Source: Naegleria gruberi (lineage: Eukaryota). From it: 64,000 nucleotides of DNA. The position numbers and the translations under genes are program-made. The stretch lies in the NCBI GenBank assembly GCA_000004985.1, contig GG738871.1. The stretch is one strand, 5' to 3'. Of the stretch, positions 22,276 through 35,456 are shown piece by piece; position 1 is the stretch's first letter, and the number at the start of each line of letters is the position of its first letter. The notes under the pieces are model-generated. The model worked only from the letters and a program-made list of their open reading frames with translations. It was not told the origin of the DNA and did not search any database.

Positions 22276-22761
22276 TTTTTTGTGCTGAGTTTTTTTGTAC
22301 GCTGTTAAAAAGTCGAAAAGCTAACGGTACTTGAAAGTTACGATTTTTAGGCGGCAAACTTCCTTTTACTGGTATTGTTACCAATAACACTCTTGGTGTT
22401 GTGGTAATCCTCCTCAATGATTGTTATGGAGTTTGAGACGTTGAGGTTTCTTCTTGCTGAATTGTGCTTGATGATTCTTTTAAAAAGAAAATGGAAGATT
22501 GGTATCCTATCGTTATCATTCTATGAGGATTCAAATTCAGTGTTGATGAAGTGATTGAGTTTTTTTTTGAGGGAAGATTTAAGATTTGTTTCTTGGCTGT
22601 AGATACAATAGTAGAGACAAACGGTCCTTGTAACAAGATAAATCGAGTCATTAGTGAATATCACACCTAAACTACTGCTGCAAGTGTTACAGCTAAACCA
22701 AATACTCTGTATGACTCAGGTCATGCGTTGGCAAAAACTATTTTTCATCATTAAATAAAAA

Positions 22762-25700
22762 ATGTCTAATCATTCAAAGGGTGCGTTGTCGATTTTATTT
22801 AGATTCTAAAAACTGTTTTTTAATTGTATCTGTGATTACCGATCCGTGGTTATTATATTGTACAAAACTTAAATCATCGGATGAATATATTGTGATGGTT
22901 GGAAAATAGAATTTTTCGAGCTTATCCGTGGAATTGGTGAAGCCAAATCTAAACAAGAGGAAGATAAACTCATCCTCAAGGAAATGGCTATTCTCAAAAC
23001 AGGAATGGAAAATCCAAAAGTTACTTTGGTACGTTTAATCTATTTTACTTTCCGTTCGAAAATTTTCATTTAGAAATTGATGAAGGAATATATGGTTAGA
23101 CTTTTATATTGTGAAATGCTCGGACATGATGCATCATTCGGATATGTTAATGCTATTAAACTCACATCAAGTAAGGAAATGTTGGAAAAGAGAATGGGTT
23201 ATTTGGCTGTTACTCTCTGTTTACCTCCAGACCATGAATTATTATTATTATTGATTTCAAATTTACAAAACGATATGAAATCTACTAATTTTGTATCTGC
23301 TTGTTGTGCTTTAACAGCAGCAGCTAAGATTGTAAATGAGGAAACAGTACCTGCTCTTCTTCCACAAGTACTTGAATTGAGAAAACACGCTAAACCAATA
23401 GTAAGAAAGAAGGTTATTTCAACCCTCCAAAGATTTTATCAAATCAGTCCTTCATCAGTGCCAGACATTGTTGAATACGCTAAGGAATCACTTTGCGATA
23501 GAGATCCATCTGTTATGGGTGCTTCACTTTGCTTAATTTATGATCTTTTAGTCTCACAAGAATATACAAGACAACTCAAGGATCTTGTACCAGGTCTTGT
23601 TGCTATCCTTAAACAAATTATTGAAAGAAGATTATCAAGAGATTTTGATTATCACAGACTTCCTGCTCCTTGGATTCAAATTCATGTATTGAAATGTTTG
23701 GCTTTACTTTGTGCTGATGATAGACAATCTTCTGAGTTGGTTTATGAAGTTTTACGTGATGGTATGCAAAGAGCTGATACTGGTCTTAACATTGGACATG
23801 CTGTGGTTTTTGAATTTGTGAAAACAATTACAACTATTTATCCAAATAACTTACTATTGGAAAGTGCTGCTAGTGCTATTAGTAGATTTATTACAAGCTC
23901 AAATCATAATCTCAAGTATTTGGGTATTCAATCCCTTACTCAAATTGTTAAAATCAATCCAAAGTACGCCATTCAACATCAAATGGTAGTTATTAATTGT
24001 TTGGAAGATACTGATGAAACTTTGAGAAGAAGAACATTGGAATTACTTTTCACCATGACAAATGCTAACAACGTTACTGTTATTGTGAAGAGACTTTTGG
24101 AATTTGCTAAAAAGTCTATTGATGCTCACATGAGAAAGGATCTTATTGAAAGAATTTCAATTCTTGCTAAGAATTTCTCACCAAGTATTCCTTGGTACCT
24201 TGACACTATGAATAGCCTTTTTGAGATTGATCCACAATATATTCCTCAAGAATCTCTCCAAAATATGATGAGTGTTATTGGTGAAGGAGTTGGTGTTGAA
24301 GAAGATGATGCTGAAATGAGAAGTCACTGTGTTGAAACTTTCTGTAATGTTGTAGATTCAAAGAATGTTATTCACGATCTTCACATGCAAGTTATTGCTT
24401 GGGTTTTGGGAGAATATAGTTATATGAATGAATCTTATGATTCTTCTGATATTTTGGCTAAGTTATGCGAATTAGTTGAAAGACAGTTGGAATTTGAGGA
24501 AACTAGATGTTGGATTATTACAGCTATGCTCAAGATTATCGCTCAATGTAAATATGCTTCTCCTGAAATTGTTGAATACTTTAGAAAGTACAAAGATTCC
24601 AAGAATGTTGATTTACAACAACGTTGTTATGAAGGTATTGCTCTTGTTGATGCATGTGAAAGATGTGGATGGGATGATATCATGGATGCAGTTCTTCCAC
24701 TTGATGGAGCTTATGAGGATATTGAAGTTGATTCCAAATTGAGCTTTGGTCAAGAGTATGTTAATGGTTTATTGAGAAAGGGAGCTAAAAAGTATTTGAG
24801 CACTGATGATCAACGTCAAGTTCTTTCTGATGTTGCCACAAAGCCTGCTAAACGCCAACTCAAGTTTGACAAATATGAAAATCCAACTTCTTCAGTACCA
24901 GTTAGCACTAATATTATTGAAAACGCTCCTATTGATCTTGCTTCTGCTAGAGCCAACACCAACACCATGAATAATTCGACAATTAGCACTTCTCTTCCAA
25001 AGAAGAAGGGAGGCAAATGGGGTTCAGAAGATACTATTCCTGAAGAGCCTGTCAAGGAACCTACACCTTCTGTTGTGACTCCAAGTGAACCAAAGCATAC
25101 TTCTCCATACTCTGATTCTCATTCACCTGTTACAAAACCATCAGCTGAGCCAAAGGTTGACACCAAGACTATGAAGAAGCTTAATCAATTTGGAGGTATG
25201 TTTTTGGGTATGGATGGTGGTTCTGGTGCTGCAGGCGGTTCTTCAACTGCTAAACCAAAGAAGCAACCAGCTAAACCTGCTCAAAGAAAATTATCAAAGG
25301 GACATACTCACAAGCCACAACCTTCTCTCTTTGAAGAAGAAATTGTTCCTTCCAATTCACAATCAACCAAAGTATCTACACCTGGTGATATTTTCAATGA
25401 TTTTGAAACAATGACTATTCACACACCTTCTCAACCACAACAAACACGTCAACAACCTGTTGTTCAAAAATCATCAAATCCATTGGATGATTTCTTTGAT
25501 TTGACATCAGCACCTGTTCTTACTCCATCTCAACCTGCTAAGAGTAATGACCTCTTAGATTTTGGACAAATTCTTGAACCAACAAAGGCGGTTAAGAATC
25601 AACCAAGACCAATGGATACTCTTCAACCACAAAATAAGTTGAAAAAGACTACCAATCTCATTCAACAAATTTCCTCAACTTATCCAAGTTCCTTCAAGGA

Positions 25701-26391
25701 TTTGACACAATTAGCAAGAGATGATCGTTTGGTTGTAGATTATAACAAATTTTGGAAGGATGATTCATTGATTATTGCATTGATGGTTTCGACTGATAGA
25801 GGTTTCACACTTTCTCAAATTTCTTTCCAATTTTCCCCACCTTCTAACTTTGCTATGAGCCTTCAAACTGATTGTGAATCCAGACCAAAGCAAAATGGTC
25901 TTACATTTGCTAGTTTGGATCAAACAAGACCAGCTTCAATTATTATTTCATTGTCTCCTCAAGATATTGTTTTGGGAACTCGTTTGGTTGGTCAAGTCAC
26001 TTACTCTAATGAAAATAATGCACCATCTTACTTTAGTTTGAATATTCCAATCGATACTGTTGATATTTTATCTGAATATCCAGATTTTGGTTCTACAAAA
26101 CAATTTGCTGATGGTTGGAAGAAATATACACAAGAAAAGAAGAACTCTATTAAGGTTTCTGGCATTTTTGATATTAATCGTTGTATTCAAATTTTGAAAG
26201 AAAAGGCTAAAGTTTCTGTGATTCAAATTATTGACCTTGAAGTTATTGGTGTATGTAAGGTGGTTGGAAGAAACGATGTTGTTTTAATCCACAGCAAGTT
26301 TAATCCATCTGGTACAGCAATGATTACTGTAAGAACTGCCAATCCAACTCTTACAGGAAACGTTTCTGTATTAATTAATTCAATTTTCTAA
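22762..26391 (+). CDS. ap4e1: AP-4 adaptor complex epsilon subunit; exons 22762..22780, 22910..23028, 23074..26391 (first exon tentative)
   Basis: KEYMVRLLYCEMLGHDASFGYVNAIKLTSSKEMLEKRMGYLAVTLCL is near-identical to the AP4E1 N-terminal trunk. Exon 2 (LIRGIGEAKSKQEEDKLILKEM) matches the segment preceding it. Exon 1 (ATG at 22762, 19 nt, donor G|GTGCGT) is a frame-consistent inference only. Confidence 0.75.
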
Positions 26392-26441
26392 ACTAAAATA
26401 AACATGTACTTGTAAACCAGCTTATACAATTATTGTTGATT

Positions 26442-27808
<1,367 letters not shown>

Positions 27809-27840
27809 TTTTTTTAATATTTTATTCAATTTTTAATTTA

Positions 27841-27855
27841 TTTTTGGCGCCAAAC
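27841..27855. promoter_or_regulatory. palindromic E2F-type site TTTTTGGCGCCAAAC centred in the 70-bp bidirectional RBBP4/CWC27 promoter
   Basis: The motif is read directly. It lies 24 bp upstream of the CWC27 ATG (27879) and 33 bp upstream of the RBBP4 ATG (27808, minus strand). Confidence 0.5.
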
Positions 27856-27878
27856 AATTTAATTTTTCCACTTAAAAA

Positions 27879-29054
27879 ATGAGTCAAGTTTATTCTTCCC
27901 TCCCAAAAACTCAAGGTAAGCAAATCATCATTTATTTTGATTCGGAATGAAAATAATATTAAATTGAAATTATTATAGGAAAGGTTATTGTAGTCACTGA
28001 TTGTGGTGATATTGAAATTGAATTATTTGCTAGAGAAACACCAAAGGCTTGTAAAAATTTTGTACAGTTATGTCTTGAGGATTTTTATAATGGATTACAT
28101 TTTCATAGAATTGTTTCGGAGCAATTTGTTCAAACTGGTGATCCAACTAATAATGGTGATGTTGGCGAATCTATTTATGAATTGGATGAATCAGGAAAAG
28201 GAAAAGCTTTTGAAGCAGAATATCATTCAAGATTGAAATTTTCTCAAAGAGGATTAGTAGCTTGTGCCTCTCAGAATAACATGTCTGATTCTAGGTTTTT
28301 TATAACACTTAATAGATTGGATGCTTTAAATTTTAAACATACAATATTTGGACAAATAGTAGGAAATACTATTTACAATGTTCTGAAAATTGCTGAATTG
28401 GAAGTTGACGATAATGACAGGCCTGTTTATCCTCCAAAAATAATAAGAACTGAGGTAATTGTAAATCCATTTCCTGATATTGTACCAAGGAAAAAAACAG
28501 TATCAGATTCGAATATCAAAAAGAGAAAAAAGAAAGAAAATAAGAATGTTCTCTCATTTTCTGATGAGATTGAGGAAAACAGTGAAGAAATTAAACCAAG
28601 AAAGAAGGATAAAAAAGAGCATACAGATTCACAACAACATAAAGACGAGAAAAATAAGGTCATTGAACCTGTTGAAATTCCAAAAGACAGCAATCCACCA
28701 AAAATAGAGTCCAAAGAAATTCCAATAGACAAAAATTCAAGAGAAACAAATAGGAAAGAAGAAACTGATCCTACCACCTCCACAGAAAATGAAAACACAT
28801 TTGATGATGTTGCAAGCAGATTTTCCTCTTTAAGAAAGCAAAAGGAAGAACAAATCAAAACTGATTCTGAAAATAAGACGAAACAAGATGCCAAACAATA
28901 TTTAAGTAATCAACTCCAAAAGTACAAAAAGAAGTCATCTAAAGAGGACAGAGAAGCCAAAGCTTTAGAAAAGTTTGAAAGTTTCTCTAAATTGTTAAAA
29001 TCCACTAACTCTGAATCATGGAAGAAACATGAGTTGAATTATAAAAAAGAATAG
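27879..29054 (+). CDS. cwc27: CWC27-type cyclophilin (spliceosome-associated PPIase-like) with K/E-rich tail; exons 27879..27915 and 27980..29054
   Basis: GKVIVVTDCGDIEIELFARETPKACKNFVQLCLEDFY...HRIV..F..Q.GDPT..G..GESIY aligns with the CWC27 N-terminal cyclophilin domain. Exon 1 encodes MSQVYSSLPKTQ. A 64-nt intron has GTAAGC...ttatag, in phase 1. Confidence 0.85.
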
Positions 29055-29062
29055 GATTGTCT

Positions 29063-30095
29063 TTATTTCAAAGTTTTTTTCCGATTTTTGGAAGTTGGAG
29101 ACCTATATCTATCCCTTTCGGTTGTTGGCCTGGAGTTTGATTCATTCCCCATTCTTTTAATGGATGAAATTAAGGAAGTATTGGATTTGATTAATGATGA
29201 ACGAGCCTTTGATTCGAATTGGCTATGATGTATCTGTGCTGTATTTTTAAGATTGCTATATCTTAGTGAGACTTGCTCAACCTCTCGATTTCTTTGTTGA
29301 ATTGTTTCACTTCTTTCTCTTCTTATTTTAATATCGAAACTATCAAGTTCTTGTTGTTGCTTTTTAAGTAAATGACTTTTCTTTTTTTCGAATGATGAGC
29401 TGTATTTAAGCATGAGCTTTCTCATCTCTTCTTCTTGCAGCTTTTCAGCCTTCTTTTTTACCTATTTATAATTATTTAAGGTTTTTTGCTCGGAATGATG
29501 ATGAACTACTTACAGATATTGCTTCGAAATAAAATTCTTGTCTTGCTAGAGTTTCCTCCATCATTTTCAAGGTAATTAAATCTCTCGTCTTTGGATTGTA
29601 TTTACGTTCTATTTCATCAAAGAATTTTTGTTCAAAATCCTCTAATTCTTTAGCATGCTTTTCAGCAAGTCTTTGTTTTGTATCGTCAAAGGATTGTTCC
29701 AGACCATTGATCTTTTCTTCCCATCGATCTTTTACTTCTCTTACTTCTTGTTCAAATGCTGAATCTATTTCTTCTCTTTCCTTTAATTGTATTCGCTTAA
29801 TATTATCTATATGTCTCTTCTCATTTTGAAATTTTAATAATAACATTGCTTTCTTTCCTATTTCGCATTGTTCATATTCACCTCTAGCAAAACACATCCT
29901 ATGATATTCTTTTAAAATTCTGATAGCCATCTCGTAAGTCATCTCTTGCGGTAGAGGTTCATGACTAAACGTTAGACTAATAATACCTTTTGCTTCCTCT
30001 TCCACCATCTCGAGTCCTTCATCAAATTTATCAATTGATGATGCAACCAAGCTCCCCGAGAGCTTATTACTACGAAGTGAACTCGAAAAAGACAT
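29063..30095 (-). CDS. coiled-coil protein, hypothetical; exons 29514..30095 and 29063..29461
   Basis: A 52-nt intron has donor TCT|GTAAGT and acceptor aaatag|. The frames join to give ...YFEAIS|VKKKAEKLQEEEMRKLM... The sequence is heptad-rich. Confidence 0.5.
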
Positions 30096-30133
30096 TCTCG
30101 TAATTTTTTATATTTTATTTCTGCTCAGAAAAC

Positions 30134-30147
30134 TTTTGGCGCCAAAA
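30134..30147. promoter_or_regulatory. palindromic E2F-type site TTTTGGCGCCAAAA ~40 bp upstream of the coiled-coil gene start (30095, minus)
   Basis: The sequence is a perfect 12-bp palindrome TTTGGCGCCAAA, read directly. Confidence 0.45.
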
Positions 30148-30404
30148 ATAATCAACATGTGTCAATTAAGGATGAAAATTTTAAGTTTTATGGAAGAGAC
30201 ATATTCAACAAACATCATTCTCTTGGTTTGACAAAAGTAAGAAAAATTATAATAACGGTCAAACTATAAGTTCTATTCAATGGTTCGTTCTATCCATCTC
30301 AATCAACACTAATATCACTCGCCTGGCAATTACATAAAAAAAAACGAATATTCAATCTCCTGTTATTATCAAGTTTAAACCATATTTACAGTAAATACTG
30401 TATC

Positions 30405-32510
30405 TTATTTTTGTAAATTCTTAATTTCAGCCTCAGTCAACTCTAATTTTTCAAGGAATTGTTGTTGTTGAGAATTTAAGAGTGTTTCAGTACCGAAAAT
30501 TTGCAAAGCTACTGATATAAACCATGATTGAACAGCCATTATAAACAATCTAAACTCAAAATAGAGTTGACTTCTCCAGAATTTGAATTTTTGAGACCAT
30601 GTGTTCAAATCTTGGTAATTTTCAACAGATACTCCTTTGGCAGCACATCTAGCCATAACAGAAAATCTATTCACCTTAGCGCCAAGCTCTCTATTTAAAG
30701 ATCTAAGAATGTTATCGGTTCTTGAGATGAGCAACATTTCTTTTGGCATATTTCTGTAAATGTCCATAAATTCAGCCCTTCTAGACTCAAAGAGCTTACT
30801 GAATTTTTCAAAATCTTCTTCAGTAATTTGCTGTTCAAATGCTGCACTCAAGTCTCCATTTTGATCCAGACCTTGCAACATAATCATTGAGGTATATAGT
30901 CTGTAATCTTTGATGCCAATGGATTTACAATAATCATCCATGCCCTTTTTATCGTTTAAAACTATGCTGACCCAGAATTTAGCATAGTTAATTCTGAAAT
31001 GGTCATCCAAATCTTTGTATAAACCATGGTCTAAGATGACGATTTGTGGTTCTGATGGATTATTTGGGTTTTGCTTTACCATAACATTACTTTGATGTGC
31101 ATCTGCATGCATGTGTCCGTGAATAAACAGTTGCTCTGCAAACGCAGAAATGATTCTAGCTGCGACATCACCTTCATCAAATCCCATAGCTCTAATTCTC
31201 TTTATGTCATTTGAGTTGCATGCATTATCAATGAATTCCATTGTTAAAACTCTTGAGCTAGTGTAATCATCATAGATTTTTGGTATATAGACATCTGGTC
31301 TTGAAGTACCAAATCTTTGAGCTGCCATCTTGGCATTTTCGGCTTCATGTAAGAAATCAAGCTCTGAATTAAGACTGCTCTTGATTTCATCACTAAATTG
31401 TTGATTAACTTCAAGTAATTCATCAATGCTCTTGGAATCTTCTTGCATGTAATATAATCTTATGCTTAATTTAGTTGCAGCATCTCTAGTGTACATATCA
31501 CCAGCAAAAAAGAATCTCACATAGTGATATTGAACCTTTACAGCTACAGACTGACCTTCTTTTGTTCTAGCTCTATGTACTTGAGCTATTGACCCACTGG
31601 CAATTGGTGTTGGATCAAAATATTCAAATAATTCCTCAACTGTTTTTCCAAAATCTTGATAAACAATCTTCTTTACTTCCTCAAAAGAAATTGTTGGAGC
31701 TCTATCTCTCATAACTGAAAGTGTTTCAATATATTCATCTGGAAGGAATCCTGAAAGTGAAGCAATATGTTGTCCAAGTTTAACATATATACCCTTGTTT
31801 TCCGAGCATAAACGTAGCAATCTCTTAGCTGACTTGACATGCAACTCCTTCTTTTTAGCAATAAATTCAGTTGATTTTTTGTCTGGTTTCTCTTGAAACC
31901 AATAATTTGGGTTAAAAGAACTAGTATTCAGAAGGACTAAGTATTCAACTCCAATAATTAAAATTGTTGACATTGTCTTTACATATCTGTCAATTCCTTC
32001 AAATAATTGAATAATTGGTGTTAGTGCATCTAAAAGAAATGGATTATAGAGTTTACTGTATGGATTTTCAATGTCGGATGCATGAAACAGCCATATAGAA
32101 AATTTCATTGCAGCATAAGAAAGTGCACTAATTGTTATTGCTCCAAGTTGAAATAAGCACAAGTATTTTAATATTTTGAGAATCCTTTTAAATAGAGAGG
32201 CTGTTTCCTCCTGTTCATTATTAGTATTTCCTTGTTGATTTGTAAATGTAGAATATTTGTTAAATTGATGATTTTCCTTTTGGTAATTTAACAAAATAGA
32301 GGATGATCCTACTTGTTTGTTAAAATCCAATTTACTTTTTTCCACCACTTGTCCAGTAAGATGATTCCTAATATTGCTAATATGAAATGATCGTCTATTT
32401 GATAAATTTAAATTATTCCGAGTGAGTATTGGTGTAGTAGTAGCAATACTACTAGTCATAACCAGAGGCTTGCCTCTTTTCAATGACTTTAAAAGAATAG
32501 TCATCATCAC
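30405..32510 (-). CDS. ABC1/UbiB-family atypical kinase (ADCK-like) with N-terminal membrane extension
   Basis: ASGSIAQVHRA...VAVKVQ matches the ABC1 domain. Also present are LDFLHEAENA, a DHG/HADAH catalytic region and N-terminal hydrophobic helices. The ORF is 701 aa and uninterrupted. Confidence 0.75.
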   Translation of the reverse strand: MMMTILLKSLKRGKPLVMTSSIATTTPILTRNNLNLSNRRSFHISNIRNHLTGQVVEKSKLDFNKQVGSSSILLNYQKENHQFNKYSTFTNQQGNTNNEQEETASLFKRILKILKYLCLFQLGAITISALSYAAMKFSIWLFHASDIENPYSKLYNPFLLDALTPIIQLFEGIDRYVKTMSTILIIGVEYLVLLNTSSFNPNYWFQEKPDKKSTEFIAKKKELHVKSAKRLLRLCSENKGIYVKLGQHIASLSGFLPDEYIETLSVMRDRAPTISFEEVKKIVYQDFGKTVEELFEYFDPTPIASGSIAQVHRARTKEGQSVAVKVQYHYVRFFFAGDMYTRDAATKLSIRLYYMQEDSKSIDELLEVNQQFSDEIKSSLNSELDFLHEAENAKMAAQRFGTSRPDVYIPKIYDDYTSSRVLTMEFIDNACNSNDIKRIRAMGFDEGDVAARIISAFAEQLFIHGHMHADAHQSNVMVKQNPNNPSEPQIVILDHGLYKDLDDHFRINYAKFWVSIVLNDKKGMDDYCKSIGIKDYRLYTSMIMLQGLDQNGDLSAAFEQQITEEDFEKFSKLFESRRAEFMDIYRNMPKEMLLISRTDNILRSLNRELGAKVNRFSVMARCAAKGVSVENYQDLNTWSQKFKFWRSQLYFEFRLFIMAVQSWFISVALQIFGTETLLNSQQQQFLEKLELTEAEIKNLQK

Positions 32511-32915
32511 AAGGAATAATAAAATTGGTTATTTTTTCTTGATTGAATCATCAACTGGAACATGTTTAACTTTGCAATTGGTATCATTGAAGTTTTTGAA
32601 TTGATCAATTCCACTGACAAAATAATGCAATAAATGATGAACAATACAATTCCGAGACTTTTGATTGTCAATTAATGAATTATTGATCATTAATTGACAG
32701 AAATGAGTTCAACTTCAATATTCTTAAGGAACTTATCTCACACTTAATATGAACGTGGTATGGTAGGTACCTAAGAAATATCCCATGAAAGTATTAAGGA
32801 ATTGAAAGAGATGAATGGGATGTAGGCACTAAGAAACAGCCATTGTTCCAAATACAACAAATCACAATGTGTCCGTGTTTCGTTATTAATTCACCACTTG
32901 TCTGAGAATAGTTGT

Positions 32916-32964
32916 AAAGGCGCCAAATCATCATTCACAACGAACAACTTCAAGGCGCCCAAAA
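32916..32964. promoter_or_regulatory. two E2F-like sites (AAAGGCGCCAAAT and AAGGCGCCCAAAA) 36 bp apart in the ADCK/Ser-rich-gene intergenic region
   Basis: Both are read directly, at 32916..32928 and 32952..32964. Confidence 0.35.
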
Positions 32965-33193
32965 TAATTTAATAATAGATAAAAAAATTGACCGAATTTG
33001 CTAGGAATTTACTTTGGTGTATCAGCCAATTTTGATAAAGATTAGGATTGCCGTTGTTATCACAAGAGGCTTCTTCATACGACTCACGAGTGTATTATTA
33101 ATAGAAGAGAGTAGACTACTTCACTTTCCAATCACTACTACAACTACCATTAGAAAAAAAAGAATACAATATTAACCCGAGTTAAATTACTCC

Positions 33194-34033
33194 ATGAAGA
33201 GATTGTTCATTACAACTTTCTTTCCTTCTTCAAATGTCCCATCATCAACAAGTTGTTCCAAAAGTTTACCATCATCATCTGCTGGTGGATTCGATTTCCT
33301 AGTACAAATTCTTAGAAACAAGGGAATTACTGATTCATTCTTACTGGAAATCAATGATGTTTCCACACTTCAAACATTAGCGCGAGACTATGGTTTACCA
33401 TTTGAACCATTACAAAAATACCATCAAAATCTGTTAAAAAACAAACCTTCCAACTTTGAACCAATTAGACATAATAGTAATCAAGCTAGCATTCTAACAT
33501 CTCCTTCCAGATCCTCATCATTACTTTCCTCTCTAATGAATGATAGTTATTTAGAAGAGGGTTTAGATGATGAGTCAACTTCCTATTCTTCTAGATCGGC
33601 CTCAATTTCTATTCCCTCCTCTCATTCTTCATCCGCCTCGATTGTTAAATCATTTGGTACAATCAGTTCCTCAATTGACGAACACTTCTTTGATGATGAT
33701 AAGGAAAAGATGAGAAAACCAATTACCACTAACGATAACCGCCCAACAACTCCTGTAAATTATGAAGCTGCCACCACATCTTGTTTATCACAAGAAGAAA
33801 AAGCGAAAAAAGAGTTGGAAAACATTCTAGATATTATTCACGACAATAATTATAACTTTCCAAAGTCTGCACTTGTTGCTGCATTCAGAAAGACAATTAA
33901 TGAAGGTCGTTTACCATCCAGTCCTGCTTTGAATCCAACCTCTCCTTCTTCCCCCAGTTATAAATCATTCATGTTCAATGATGTTGACTCTGATTCTGAA
34001 TATGATGATTCTCCAACCTCACCTGTATTATAA
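33194..34033 (+). CDS. Ser/Pro-rich hypothetical protein
   Basis: ORF of 279 aa, compositionally biased. I recognised no domain. Confidence 0.4.
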   Translation: MKRLFITTFFPSSNVPSSTSCSKSLPSSSAGGFDFLVQILRNKGITDSFLLEINDVSTLQTLARDYGLPFEPLQKYHQNLLKNKPSNFEPIRHNSNQASILTSPSRSSSLLSSLMNDSYLEEGLDDESTSYSSRSASISIPSSHSSSASIVKSFGTISSSIDEHFFDDDKEKMRKPITTNDNRPTTPVNYEAATTSCLSQEEKAKKELENILDIIHDNNYNFPKSALVAAFRKTINEGRLPSSPALNPTSPSSPSYKSFMFNDVDSDSEYDDSPTSPVL

Positions 34034-34263
34034 TAACAGATCACTTGTACAATATTCTTAACTATTCAATTTTGAAAAGAAAATGAATAAACCATTCGTT
34101 TTCAAATCCTAAACTCAATGACTCAATAAACCAACCTATTCGAAATAAACGAAAAAATTATTAACGATATGAATTTATTGTAAAAAAGAGTGCCTTAAAT
34201 GAGTGTTCTATTAGAGTTCAATGAAGTGAAAAGGAATTAGTGAACATTTCTCAACTTTAAAAA

Positions 34264-35319
34264 ATGTCAAAGTGGTCACTCTCTCAAACCATCACCAATG
34301 AACAAAAACTCTTTGCTTGCCCATCAAGTGTAGCCCTTTCCCATCGCTATAACAAACTTTTTGTTGCTACCTACGATGATATTGAATGTTGGATGAATAA
34401 TTGTTGCATTCAAGTATTTGATATTAAAAAGAATGGAGAAGAAACAACCTATTCCTATCAGGGAAGAATGCTCATTCCGGCCAATCCAAACAATTTACTT
34501 CTTGTCAGTGATGATAATGATGATTCTCTTCTTGTCAGTTGTAGTGCAAGAAATGCTTTGTTGAGATTTCAAGTTTCTGATTTATTGGAAAATGCTGTTG
34601 ATGATGATGACTATTCAACTCAACCTATTTGGAGAGTTGAAAGTAAATTTGGATATCCATGTGGAATGGCTGAGGCAACAGATGAAAATGGTGAGAAGAT
34701 TATTTTTGTTTGTGATGAAAGCAAGAATAGAATTGCAATTCTTTCATTTAAGGATGGAAAAATTATGAGATCACTATATGGACAACTCAATGAAATAGAA
34801 AGTTCAGAAGGTAAAGGTGATGATGAAACAGAAACTCCGCAGGAAGTTGAAAATTCGGAGCCAGTAGAAACTGCTGAAACTAGTTCAGAAGAAATTCCTC
34901 AAGCTGAAAACAAATCAGATGAAGAAGAGTTACCAACAAATAGATATTCATTCACAAAAATTGCATCTGTTTCAGTCAATCAGAATGGTAGCCAGTACAC
35001 TATTATTGTCTCAGGATATAGAACTAGTCACAAAATTATTTTGAATGGCTTAATGTCAACTGAGATTATTGAAACTGAATTGAAAAGTTGTGGAACTCAC
35101 TCAACTTTGGATAGCTTGAAAAATCAACAAATATTTGTTGGCTGTTCCAGTAATGAAGTTAGTATTCTTGATTTGGAAAGCGAACAAGTGGTATTTACTA
35201 CAAATGAATTTAATCTTGATCGTCCTGTTCACGTATTGTTAGATAATACTACCAGAACATTATTCATTGTAAATGATAATTGTCCAAGTATTACAATTTT
35301 AACAGAAAGAGTTGAATGA
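34264..35319 (+). CDS. hypothetical protein with NHL/beta-propeller-like repeats and acidic insert
   Basis: Repeated blocks resemble NHL blades (e.g. FGYPCGMAEATDENGEKIIFVCDESKNRIAILSF). The ORF is 351 aa. Confidence 0.45.
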   Translation: MSKWSLSQTITNEQKLFACPSSVALSHRYNKLFVATYDDIECWMNNCCIQVFDIKKNGEETTYSYQGRMLIPANPNNLLLVSDDNDDSLLVSCSARNALLRFQVSDLLENAVDDDDYSTQPIWRVESKFGYPCGMAEATDENGEKIIFVCDESKNRIAILSFKDGKIMRSLYGQLNEIESSEGKGDDETETPQEVENSEPVETAETSSEEIPQAENKSDEEELPTNRYSFTKIASVSVNQNGSQYTIIVSGYRTSHKIILNGLMSTEIIETELKSCGTHSTLDSLKNQQIFVGCSSNEVSILDLESEQVVFTTNEFNLDRPVHVLLDNTTRTLFIVNDNCPSITILTERVE

Positions 35320-35456
35320 GAAAACATAATAATATATTGTGGGGTGAATGTTACTATTTTTTGGTTCTATTCCACAGTAATAAATATATTCTACTTTTGT
35401 AATACACAGTGTGTAAATTTTATAATACTAGTAGTGAAATAACTTTACTATGTTGT

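Noticed and set aside
22424-22651. 75-aa minus-strand ORF in the ELO 5' region
   Set aside because: No recognisable motif and no start context. It is probably 5' UTR/promoter. I could not support it as a gene.
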